A stretch of DNA of 64,000 bases from Fistulifera solaris (lineage: Eukaryota): contig AP026139.1 of NCBI GenBank assembly GCA_030295235.1, forward strand, positions 744,001 to 808,000. Direction: 5' to 3'. Each line of letters starts with the position of its first letter. The first letter of the stretch is position 1. This document shows positions 1 to 10,708 of the stretch, one piece after another. The position numbers were made by a program, and so were the translations under genes. The notes under the pieces are model-generated. The model made no database searches. It was not told the origin of the DNA and saw only the letters and a program-made list of their open reading frames with translations.

Positions 1-1893
1 TTTGGTCTTGGTTTGCTGTTGTTCCTTCGACTCCTCAATCGTCGATTCAACCGCGAAGAAAATGTCGTCGAGGTCATGGGCACTGCAGCTATCGCCTACA
101 CCGGATACTATGTCAGCGATTTTGTCTGGGCTACCTCCGGCGTCATTTCGACCATGACGACAGGTTTGGTTGTGAAATTTTTAGGAAGAGCCTTTATCAA
201 TGATCTCAAGCTGTTGGATGATTTTTGGACATTGATGGAACATATTTTGAATACGGTACTATTCACTTTGGGTGGTGTGGTCTGGGGCGCAGTCATTGCC
301 CGTGGAGAGCGCGATGGTGTATTCACAGCCAAAGATTGGGGCTACATGCTATTACTCTACGTTCTCTTGCATCTCATGCGCGTATTGCAATTTTTGGCCG
401 TGTACCCAGTGACCAAACGCATTGGACTGTCTACGAACATGGCAGAAACAGCCTTTCAAGTCTTTGGTGGTCTTCGCGGCGCTGTTGGGATCGCGCTTGC
501 ACTGGCTCTTGACAATCGAGTCAATGCCGCCGGGGCCGACCCTATCTTTGCCGAACAAACAACAACGTTGTTTGCGATGGTTGGTGGCGTCGCCTTTCTC
601 ACCTTGGTCATAAATGGGGTGCTAGCTGCCCCATTGATTCGATATCTAGGTCTGACGCAGTCTACGGAGGCTCGTGAAAAGATCATAAATGCGTACGAAA
701 CCCGTTACAAACTTGCCATGATAGATGAGATGGTGCGATTGCTGACACAGCCACGATTTATTATGGTCAACTTTGCCTTGGTGAAGCATCATGTACCGTT
801 ATTGCGAGACCTTACGAGACAACAATTGCGAGATGCTGTTGAAAAATATCGAGAAACAACACCTGCGGAAGATTACAAACCGCCGTTTTTGAAGCGGATT
901 TTACCGTATCTACCTGAGGACGCTGAAGAAAAATTGTATCAGCAAAAGCGAATTCTTGATCAAACAGAAGACGTCTTGGATACAGAAGCATACGCACGCA
1001 AATTGAGACACGACCAGCGAACTAAGTTACGGCGGCGTCGACGTCAGAGTAGCATGCGATTTATGATGTCTGGGGAACCTCTTACCGCTATGGAAATGCG
1101 CTTGTTGTTCATCTCCATCATGAAAGCTGCTTACGATCAACAGGTGAATGACGGAGAGTTGGCCGACCAAGAGTTCCTGACAGTCTCCTTGCATCAGAGT
1201 CTCGATTTTGCCGAAGATGCGGTCAGCAAGGGTCAACCGCTCCAGGATTGGGATTATGTTACTTTCGTAGATGGTCCCGTCCAGTCGGCCTACAAGCACG
1301 CCAAGAAAAGTTCACTGATGAAGAAATTTTTCGAGACTGCGAGCTCGGGCCTGAACCTCAAACACAAAGTAAAGACTTTGGACATAGAGCGATCGTTGGC
1401 ATTCATGGAAGCGCATCGTTGGGCAGCGGATTATTTTCTGAAGGAATTTCAAGGAGTGGATAAAGAACTCGCCGAGGCTGGCAAGTATGTTCTCATGGAA
1501 TCTCAAATTCAATGGAAGAAAGCCGCTGCCGTTCTCGAAAAGTACGATGAGAAAGATGTCACTGATGTTGTTTCACACAAATTCTGTTCGATTGTTTTGA
1601 ACAGCGCTGTAAAGTACATCGAAAAGCTGGTAGAGGTTGGATTGATGAACGAGTCGGAAGCGGAACACCACGTTGAAGAAATCGAACACTATTTGAAAGA
1701 CGTTCACACCTGCCGCAACTTCGATCATCCTGGAGAACTTCCTGTAGCTTCTTACAATGATCAACAAGAGCAGGAAATATCGCAGTTTCATTTGAGAGCA
1801 ACTCCGAAACGATCACAACACAGTACCTCTCACTCTATACCAGAGGAAGAAGAGGAGGCTCATCCTGGAAGCAGTTTCTTTTTGGCATCTTGA
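1..1893 (+). CDS. CPA1 Na+/H+ antiporter, SOS1/NHX7-like (5' truncated by window)
   Basis: Multiple TM helices, GGLRGAVGIALAL and FLTLVING motifs, long cytosolic C-terminal tail. Confidence 0.85.
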   Translation, partial: FGLGLLLFLRLLNRRFNREENVVEVMGTAAIAYTGYYVSDFVWATSGVISTMTTGLVVKFLGRAFINDLKLLDDFWTLMEHILNTVLFTLGGVVWGAVIARGERDGVFTAKDWGYMLLLYVLLHLMRVLQFLAVYPVTKRIGLSTNMAETAFQVFGGLRGAVGIALALALDNRVNAAGADPIFAEQTTTLFAMVGGVAFLTLVINGVLAAPLIRYLGLTQSTEAREKIINAYETRYKLAMIDEMVRLLTQPRFIMVNFALVKHHVPLLRDLTRQQLRDAVEKYRETTPAEDYKPPFLKRILPYLPEDAEEKLYQQKRILDQTEDVLDTEAYARKLRHDQRTKLRRRRRQSSMRFMMSGEPLTAMEMRLLFISIMKAAYDQQVNDGELADQEFLTVSLHQSLDFAEDAVSKGQPLQDWDYVTFVDGPVQSAYKHAKKSSLMKKFFETASSGLNLKHKVKTLDIERSLAFMEAHRWAADYFLKEFQGVDKELAEAGKYVLMESQIQWKKAAAVLEKYDEKDVTDVVSHKFCSIVLNSAVKYIEKLVEVGLMNESEAEHHVEEIEHYLKDVHTCRNFDHPGELPVASYNDQQEQEISQFHLRATPKRSQHSTSHSIPEEEEEAHPGSSFFLAS

Positions 1894-2304
1894 TGATAAT
1901 GATTACTTGAACAGAGGCTTGTCTCACATATTCAAATGGTCATTAAGGAAAAAGCAACCTTTTAGTTTCTGGGACTGGAGACGACGACAACTCCTCGATG
2001 TACACTTATGGAGCGGACAGTCTTACAGACGCAACACTGCGGATTAATGTAGTCTTGACCCTTGTTATTGTAGTATTCTTTGTGTAAGAAACATGGCACA
2101 AAGTGTCTTGCCCAATGCGTGACTGCAAAATGCAGTGCACTTATCCCTCATCCGCATCAATCTTGTCGTCTTTCATTCATGTCATTAGCACCTGTCTTTG
2201 TCATTATTTCTTTTCTAGCAACGCTATCAAACTACAGATAATTTAGAACATCAAGAAGGGAGCAGAGGAGTTGTTGTGCCGGTGATCCTATGAATAGTGT
2301 GTCA

Positions 2305-3489
2305 TCTTACTTCTTTTACAAAGAATGCCATCCGACCGACGCGGTCAATATCAAGACGTCTCGTCTTCGGACCTCGCGAAGAGCCGCAACGCACCGTGTC
2401 CCTCGACGAATAACTCACGACAATCTACAACAAAATGTATGTTCTTTGAGCGTTTTTCTCAATGGCTCTCTTCCTTGACGCGCCTCGTACGATATCTCCT
2501 TGGGCTGCTTTCTTATCAACAATGATTTTCTCGCTTTTGAATTATCTTACTAAACACTCGGAAAACATTGTTTCCGTATTCATTCATCCTTCAGATGAAT
2601 TTACTCTGCAGAATCAAACTAATTTATGGAAAACGCCAACCGGAATAGGCGGGCTCGATTTGATTATAAAGAGTGCACTCGATCAATGATGGTCACCTTA
2701 TTTGGAAAAATACGTCACTCGCTGGAGTGCTGGATACGATTCAATCGTCCCTCTATCGCTACAAATCGACCGCGTAGAAATAGATCCGACTTGCAAACCG
2801 TCATTGGGCAAACTCAAAGTATGCAACGGCAATTATGGAGACTCGGGATGGCGGGGTATCAACATTGCGTTGATCGATGATACCGACCAGTACATTCGGC
2901 ACAGTGTCATCCAGTACAATGATTATTACAGGAGCAAAGGATTGGGAACCCCTTGGAAGGCGATCAAATACGGGGACTTTTTGGGGACAGCTCAACGACG
3001 AAAGTGCGTTGAAATATACGATGTGTCACGAACTGGGTCACGGTTTTGGTCTACCGCACACGGATGAGTACCGGTAAGTGCGATTACGTTCTTTTACTCA
3101 TCGCATGAAGCTGAGGCATCTCATATTGTGCTATATTGGCAATTGTCTTGGATTGATAACAGAAACATGTGGAATCACAATACCGGTGAATGTATGGACT
3201 TTACGATTTTCCCTCGACGCAATCTGTTTCCAGGGGAACGCAATTTCGATCGATTGTATCAACTTTACGGTTAAGTTCCTTTAAAAGGCAAACGAATCTT
3301 CGTCACTGCGTTCCTCATCGTAGATCTCTTTCCCAAGAAGCGATTGCGGAATATGAAAAGACCATTCAAGTTGCGCCGAAGGATCCCTCTTGCATAGAAT
3401 GTCGTGTAGATTTAGCAAATGGCTTTCATGTGATGATCCATAAGTTACCATCGTTAGTTGGAATAGATCCTGTCAAACGTCAACGTTGA
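2305..3489 (+). CDS. Metzincin-type zinc metallopeptidase (split over several frames; boundaries approximate)
   Basis: HELGHGFGLPH (HExxHxxGxxH) near 3027-3060; upstream KLKVCNGNYGDSGWRGIN segment; GTAAG donor near 3073. Confidence 0.65.
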
Positions 3490-3912
3490 GAGAAAGGCGA
3501 TGATGGAGTTTGCGTGAAAGATATAGCTTGTATCAGTATTGCAATGAATTAAGGGCGCAAAATAGACATTTACGTTCGAAATTAAAGGTAAAACGTATTC
3601 TCTCTTTCCCTGCTTGAGCAAAGTTTGAAAGCCGATGTAACAACTCTAAGCTGCTTAATTGGAATTGAAACGCATTGCTAATAAGGAACCTGCAATTTAT
3701 CCTACAGTCACTGTGGAGTCGCCCCGACTGAATCCTGTCATGAGTCGCCAGTAGTTGTGCTGCGTGTGTCGCTCGGATCTTCATTACTCGGTATTACGTA
3801 GTACTACATTTATTTTCGGTTTTGACTTTTTTTGCACTCCTTGTTATTACGCTTATACAAAGTATAAACCGGAGCATCTCCGCCGATCCTTCTACATTGT
3901 TGTCTTTTCTCA

Positions 3913-4323
3913 ATGGATCCCAATCAATTACAAGCAGTCAGTGCGAGTGAATTGCCTGATGGCTTTACTTTGGCCGATCCAGGTCCTTCTCAACAACCGC
4001 ATTCGCAACAGCAGCAACTTGAACAACAAAAGCAGCAACAGAAACAAGCGATACTCGAACAAGCATTGACGTCTGACGCACTTGCACGCTTACGAAGAAT
4101 CAAATTGGTCAAGAATGTTGACTCTCTGGAAAATGGAATCGTTTCTATGGCCATGTCGGGGAAATTGCCCGGTCCTATCACCGAAGGCAAGTTGATTGAA
4201 ATGCTGGAACGCATCAATCCCCAAAATCGTGAAAGCAACAAGGCAGCGAACACAATTCAAATTCAGCGCAAAAAGTACGCATTTGATTCCGACGATGAAG
4301 ACGACAATGATGATGATTTATAA
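3913..4323 (+). CDS. PDCD5: Programmed cell death protein 5 / dsDNA-binding protein
   Basis: ILEQALTSDALARLRRIKLVK, GKLPGPITEGKLIEML, IQIQRKK...DSDDED. Confidence 0.9.
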   Translation: MDPNQLQAVSASELPDGFTLADPGPSQQPHSQQQQLEQQKQQQKQAILEQALTSDALARLRRIKLVKNVDSLENGIVSMAMSGKLPGPITEGKLIEMLERINPQNRESNKAANTIQIQRKKYAFDSDDEDDNDDDL

Positions 4324-4405
4324 TCTAGAGAGTATGAATGGTATTGACAATGATACCGGTTTCTTTGTGGTCTTTGTATTATATCTCTTCATTTGATGAA
4401 ATTGA

Positions 4406-5050
4406 TTATGATTGTTTTGGTTGTAAAGCAATTGTTCCTACCACTACATTGTCGTACAAATCTACTGTCGCCGCACCCAGTGGATCCGCTCGCACAGTTT
4501 CCATTCGTCGCCAACACAGGTCCTTACCTTCCAAAATCACTTTTCCTTCCTCCCGACGATGATTTATTTGTGCGTAGAGTTGCATTGCCGGAACGAAATC
4601 GGTGCCGTTGTTGTTGGGAAGTGGAATATCATCCGTTTGTAATGTCAATAACAAGAATGGATACAATGGTTCTTTGAAGAGTCCCCAAACCCATAATCCA
4701 TCTTTACGATCATTCGGATCTTCCGATAAAATCCACCTGGATTTTACAATGGGAATCGTTGTCGTTGTAGTGCTGTTTTTGTGTTTGAAAGCATTTTTAA
4801 AGTTCCTTGTGGGGGCTCGTATCCTTGGTCTTCGACAAATTGTGTTTCGATGGTATACAACAATGGGTCTAATTTAGAACCTTGTGCCGAAATCAAACCC
4901 CGCATCACCAGGCGAACATTCCAGGTCGTCGCTTCCGTCAATGTGGGCGCAGTAGCAGCGAGCCAACGCGTCGTGTGTGCCGATCGAGGAGGTGCGACGA
5001 CAAAGGCACTGATTGTGGTCGACAAAGTGACTAGCAGTAGACTTGAGCAT
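4406..5050 (-). CDS. Hypothetical plastid-targeted protein (frameshifted)
   Basis: LLLVTLSTTISAF leader; ORF pieces 4744-5025 and 4406-4666 join through WILSEDPNDRKDGLWVWGLFKEPLYPF. Confidence 0.55.
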
Positions 5051-5256
5051 ATCAGTATCGAAAAAAAGGTACCCGACGAAGAGAATGTGTCATTTTTTGT
5101 TCGTTTTGTAGATTCTGGTTGTTGCGACAGCTGCGTTTTCGTCGTTTTCCCATTGTTGGTTGTTGATTCACAGGTGGCTCATCGTCATCGTCATTGTCGT
5201 TCGTGGCTCTGCATTTGGATTCTCGATGACGTCAATGTAAATATCGTACTGTCACC

Positions 5257-5760
5257 ATTAAGGTTAAAGTCTAAACTGAGAACTTGGTGAAAGAAATTCC
5301 GTATAAGGTTATAGGTCCAAAAGAAAAAAGATGAGACTCCGTACAGTACTCCGTAAAATAAATAGATAAAATATTTAAGGTTAACGTTGAAGTCAAAAAG
5401 CAGAACCAGGTAAAAGTAATTCCGTATAAGGTTATAGCTCAAACGAAAAAATAGATGATACTCTGAGTACAATAGATGAAGCCGTCAAGGTTAAGGTTAA
5501 GATGTAGAATAAGAACCTGGTAAAAGTATATCCGTATAAGGTTATAGTTCAAACGAAAAAATAGATGATACTCTGAGTACAATAGATGAAGCCGTCAAGG
5601 TTAAGGTTAAGATCTAGAATAAGAACCAGGTAAAAGTAATTCCGAATAATAATAAATGAAACATTTAAGGTCGTTATATGATCAAAAAGGAGAACGTGTC
5701 AAAAAATAATCCCGTATAAGGCTGTAGTTATAGTTCAAAGCGAAAAAATACGGAGTAAGG
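5257..5760. repeat. AT-rich tandem repeat, ~110 bp unit, about 4-5 copies
   Basis: 5411-5520 and 5521-5630 near-identical; recurring TTAAGGTTAA and CCGTATAAGG. Confidence 0.9.
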
Positions 5761-6100
5761 TAGAGGATTAGATTACTTTCAAGGCCGCGCGTAATGTCCG
5801 CGCGGGCGGAGAACCGTCTTCATTTCCATTGATTGCGAAGAAACGGAAATAAGGAATCAATTGCATTGAATAACTCTTATATATTATTCGCAAGGTCTAT
5901 ACTGATATTTTATTATATAAACATTGTCAATAACACAACACAACACAACAACAATTTTGCATCGACGAAACAGCGCTCTAGAAAAGGTGAAAGCTGCTTA
6001 ACTGCCATCACGAACTCTGATGCTATATAACGAAAAGTCACTCGCTTCAACATTCTGTCATCAACAGGATCAAAGGCGTTATCACACTGCACCAACAATC

Positions 6101-7873
6101 ATGACCCTTTCATATTGCCTTCGAATTGCATTCTTTCTGGTTCTCGGGAGCTCTCCCATCGATTCCTTTTCTGTTTCTACTTTAGAAACGAAATTGAATT
6201 GGTGGAAGAGTCGCTTTTCGCACATGTCTCTCGAGGACATTTCCAAGGATCTAGTGCAACATGGATATCAATGGAAGAAAAAACAGCAACAACAACCAGA
6301 GAATGAATCACAAGAGATATTCACGACGACAACATCGCTCGTCAAAGTACCCGGCTGCACTGCGAACGTTCATATACAACTCGTTCTGACCTCCGATTCA
6401 TCTACGACAAGAAACTCCCGAACCATACAATCATTACAAGGAACGGCAGATGCATTAGTGAGTCAAGGATTAGTTGCAGTCATTGCATCGTGTGTCGAGC
6501 AACAATCGGAAGACACCATTGGTCAAATATCAGCCGAAAGTATTACCGCGCGATTGGGATTGCAACAGCATCTCAGTCCAGGACGGAACGACGGAGTCGC
6601 CAGTTTGTGGCGAATATTGCATCAGTCACTGCAATCATCGTTTCCAGCGAGTTCTACGACTAGTGCAAAGACTATCAAGTACTCACAACAACCATCCGTG
6701 GCTCTGTTATTGTCGGGCGGTGTTGACTCGTCCGTCGCATTGCGTTTGTTGTTGCAACAAAACTATCGCGTCACGGCGTTTTATCTGAAAATTTGGTTAC
6801 AAGACGAAAATGCTCACCTGGGAGGAACTTGTCCGTGGGAAGAGGATTGGAAGATTTGTCAACAAGTGTGTGAGCAGGCGGATGTGCCATTGCGGGCGAT
6901 TAGTTTGCAACAGGAATATCACGAACGCGTCGTGGAGTATGCGATGGAGCAGGCTTCGTTGGGGCGGACGCCCAATCCGGATATATTGTGCAATTCGCGG
7001 ATCAAGTTTGGTTGCTTCTATGACGTACTAATGTCGCAACAGTCGGAACAGTTTGATTATATTGCTACGGGTCACTATGCACGGGTCGAACGTGATGACA
7101 ACGGTGTCTCAGTTTGTTTGTTTCGCGCACCCGATGCCATCAAAGATCAATCATACTTTTTGTGCACATTGACACAAGAGCAATTACAAAAGACGTTGTT
7201 TCCATTAGGGCATCTTGAAAAGACGCAAGTTCGACAGTTGGCTGACGAATTTGAATTGCCGAATCGCCATCGTCCGGATTCACAAGGACTTTGTTTCTTG
7301 GGGCAGGTGAAATTCGATCAATTTCTGAAAAGTTATTTGGGCACTCAGCCAGGCTCTGTAGTTGATGCGGTGACGGGGGATGTCATCGGGCAACATCAAG
7401 GTGTCTGGTTTCATACGATTGGACAGCGCAAGGGCATCGGCAAAGCTTTAAATCCGCAGGCAACGGCACGCGGTCCTTGGTATGTCGTATCGAAAGACCC
7501 GGTGAAGCGAATTGTTTATTGCACAAACCAATATGAGTTATTTGACGCACAGCGAAAACGCGTGGAGCTTGAGGATGTTACATGGATGTCAGGACAAGTG
7601 CCAGCGATGGTATCAGACGGGAACGCTTGTCGATTGACCATGAAATTACGGCACGGCCCTCGACTGGCGCGGGGACTGTTACAATTGAACGATGCAGAAC
7701 CTTCAAAGGGTACGGTAGAGCTAGAACAAATGGACAGCGGATTGGCGCCGGGGCAATATGTTGTCTTTTACGCTGATGATGGTGAATGTTTGGGGAGTGG
7801 CATCATGAGTGAATCGCAATGGAATCGTCCCATATGCCTAGAGACTCAGGCAGTAGAACAACTGACTAGCTGA
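6101..7873 (+). CDS. mnmA: SufE-domain / tRNA 2-thiouridylase MnmA fusion, probably plastid-targeted
   Basis: SufE motifs VPGCTANV, ADALVSQGL, LGLQQHLSPGRNDG; MnmA motifs SGGVDS, TPNPDILCN, ATGHY, KDQSYFL, DSQGLCF, TIGQRKG, APGQ; signal peptide + DSF; single uninterrupted ORF. Confidence 0.92.
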   Translation: MTLSYCLRIAFFLVLGSSPIDSFSVSTLETKLNWWKSRFSHMSLEDISKDLVQHGYQWKKKQQQQPENESQEIFTTTTSLVKVPGCTANVHIQLVLTSDSSTTRNSRTIQSLQGTADALVSQGLVAVIASCVEQQSEDTIGQISAESITARLGLQQHLSPGRNDGVASLWRILHQSLQSSFPASSTTSAKTIKYSQQPSVALLLSGGVDSSVALRLLLQQNYRVTAFYLKIWLQDENAHLGGTCPWEEDWKICQQVCEQADVPLRAISLQQEYHERVVEYAMEQASLGRTPNPDILCNSRIKFGCFYDVLMSQQSEQFDYIATGHYARVERDDNGVSVCLFRAPDAIKDQSYFLCTLTQEQLQKTLFPLGHLEKTQVRQLADEFELPNRHRPDSQGLCFLGQVKFDQFLKSYLGTQPGSVVDAVTGDVIGQHQGVWFHTIGQRKGIGKALNPQATARGPWYVVSKDPVKRIVYCTNQYELFDAQRKRVELEDVTWMSGQVPAMVSDGNACRLTMKLRHGPRLARGLLQLNDAEPSKGTVELEQMDSGLAPGQYVVFYADDGECLGSGIMSESQWNRPICLETQAVEQLTS

Positions 7874-8238
7874 AACATCATCACTCGATAACGATGAAAT
7901 CAGAAAAGCGAAATGGCGTACTCCTTTGAGGCGTGGGGACTCGGACGGTTCGATTTGTTTACTGCGAAGTACCGAGGAGCAACAACAAAGGTGAAACTTT
8001 AGGAAGTGATCACGATCGTGATGGCGAAGCTCGGAATTAATTCGAATTGCTGTCACTGCCACACGCTTTAGCTAAGCAAAATTTTGACGCATTGATTTTA
8101 AGATACGAATAGCGAGTAGGCTCCGAATTTTAGAGTGAGAGCGTGCTGAACCATGGTTTATCTAGAACTCTATATCTCAAAAAGACCTCGACAGGCGCCT
8201 TGTCGCTCCTCAAAGCACATTCGGGTAGAATGGTGTTG

Positions 8239-9546
8239 CTAAACCCTTCTTCTTCGTTCCCACTTCTTATCCCGGATTAGCACTGCCTTTAAGTCATTGG
8301 CAGAGACTTCATCGAGTCCAGTAAGCTGCACGAGTTCATACAGCACATCCATATGATCTGACAGAAAAAAGGCATTTCGCTGGAAATTGTACCAAGCATA
8401 ATTCGTCAAAAGGCCTTTACTAACGGTAGGCGTTCCGTTGTTGGCTGTACCACAAGATCTGCCGAGCCACAATAGAAGCGATTCAAGTGAATGAGATGTG
8501 AAACTTGACCACTGCCAATACCTCTATGATCGCGCCCATTTTCATCAATTACCCTGATTATTCGGTTGTTGGATAGCAGTTGTCGAAGATAGGAATTGTC
8601 CGGACCAAAAGCTTTGCTGGAAACATTGACTTTCAAGGTATGAAGACTTTTGTGACCTTCAACACCTTTGAAAAGCGTTCCTAATTGCTTTTGTGTGATA
8701 TCTTTCTTTATTTATCAAGTCATGAACTTGCAATTTCTTGTTGGCAAGGACGACACGACGAATAACGTTCGCCACCCACACACTCCGGTACCGGTACCGG
8801 TTCACGTGTGCCTTCATCATCGCTACCAAACCGGAATTGTATTTGTAGTTCCGTTAGATGGCTAAAATCAGCCATGCGCCGAAAAAAGGAAACAAGACAA
8901 TCCGGAATAAGGGATTCATTGTCGTGGTATACAATCAAGCAGAGTTTGTCGGGAACAAGTTAAAAAAACGTTTCAAGTTGTCGTCGCTCAACTCTGTACT
9001 CTCCTCAAACATCAATACATCGCAAGGCAATTTTTGTTTGAAAGCCGCATCCACAAAAGCAGCGCCTTCATCCTCAAACCGACACGCCGAAAATCGAAAG
9101 CTCATTGAGAAGGGTGTTTTCGCCAGAACAATGAACTGCTCGACACTCAGAGTCAAACCTTCGAAAATGATCCTGCGTGTGGGGTCCATTGCGAAGGTCC
9201 GCTCCAAGCACCGTGTACAATCAGTTCGAAAGTCAAAGGACTAGCCGCGCGTACCGATGACTAAATAAGATCGCTGTGAAAAATCTCCTGCCCGTTTCTC
9301 CAGGCTCATAAAATAGACAGCCGTTTGCATTTCGACACGATCTGATTTACCCACAATATAAAGCTTTAGACCTTCGCAACCGAATTCCAAAGACAAATAT
9401 CTCTCTTCCTTGCGCGGGGATTCGTTACTATTCCCTGGTGGTATATAAGTAAGTGTGCCGTTGTCGCGCCATATTGCAATTTGATGATAATACTTGTTCT
9501 TATTCAATTCTTCCAGACTGGTAAGTAGGCGACTCATTTCGTACAT
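8239..9546 (-). pseudogene. Fragmented RNI/LRR-like hypothetical gene
   Basis: Five collinear minus-strand ORF pieces; LRQLLSNNRIIRV...LIHLNRFYCGS tail typical of such proteins. Confidence 0.45.
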
Positions 9547-9694
9547 TCCGGCGAGCTATTTGCTCGGGCGTGCGCAGATGCGAAGAAATCAGTCCTAAAA
9601 GTAATGAAAAGCCTGTATCTTTCTTTTTATTCGGCATGTTGTTACAATATATTGGGAAAAGGAAGACAACAATCTGGTGACGTGAAAATGCAGC

Positions 9695-10230
9695 AACTGG
9701 TCCAGATTTTCTGGACCAGTTTATTTTACGGAGTACGGAGTAATAAATAGCACACGCCCAGATTTCCTGGGAACTTGAAAAAATATAGAAATAATATCAC
9801 ACTTCCAGATTTCCTGGAACTGTAAAAATTCAACTGGTCCAGATTTTCTGGACCAGCATATTTTGTAAATAGCACACGGCCAGATTTCCTGGTAACTTGA
9901 AAATATAGAAATAATATCACACTTCCAGATTTCCTGGAACTGTAAAAATTCAACTGGTCCAGATTTTCTGGACCAGAGTAAATATCAATCACGCAGAATA
10001 AATAACAGACCCCAGAATTCCTGGAAAGTGAAAATACAACTGGTCCAGATTTTCTGGACCAGTTTATTTTAACATCAACACACGCCCAGATATCCTTGGA
10101 ACCTGAAAATACAACTGGTCCAGATTTTCTGGACCAGTAGTTTATTTTATGACTGGTCCAGATTTTCTGGACCAGTTTATTTTACGTTAGGGTTATAGCA
10201 CGCGCATAGATTTCCTGGGAACTTGAAAAT
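9695..10230. repeat. Array of palindromic repeats
   Basis: CTGGTCCAGATTTTCTGGACCAG at 9697, 9834, 9954, 10040, 10115 and 10153, plus ~7 CCAGATTTCCTGG-like variants; 120 bp duplication (9781/9901). Confidence 0.92.
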
Positions 10231-10708
10231 ACAGAAAAATAATTACTCGTAATGGACATATACTAAGTTTCCGTCACTATGAAGCGGTTCTGTCACTCGA
10301 GACAAGCTGGTGATGATTTTCGTCGCAAGGGGACAGAAAACGTTTACGTGAAAATTTAACAGCAGGACTGCGGCACAAAAAATCCTTTTTCATGTTAAAA
10401 CGCTACCAGGTACCAGTAACATAGGTTTTTAAATAAAAATAGATGAAGCAAGAGGAAATTTAGAATCTGGCGATCTTTCGACTCAAATGGTCTAGCTCGA
10501 ATCTCCGGGTGCTTTGTTTCAAAATCGCGTCACTCGTCAGGCCGTCCGTTCGTGTCGAGCACAACGATGAAGAAAAAACGAGAGATTTTGCTTTTTTCTT
10601 CAACTTGAGTGGTTCTTTGTTGTTGCTCCTGGTATTATAGTTGTTGCGCTTGTTGCTATATTCTAAATTCTAGAAAAACTACGAACTTTCATTAGAAATA
10701 GACCGACA

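Noticed and set aside
5257..5640. Interstitial telomeric repeat
   Set aside because: TTAAGG occurs only 1-2 times per 110-bp unit; there is no (TTAGGG)n tract
9695..10230. CRISPR array
   Set aside because: Eukaryotic context, no cas genes, irregular periodicity, and spacers that repeat each other
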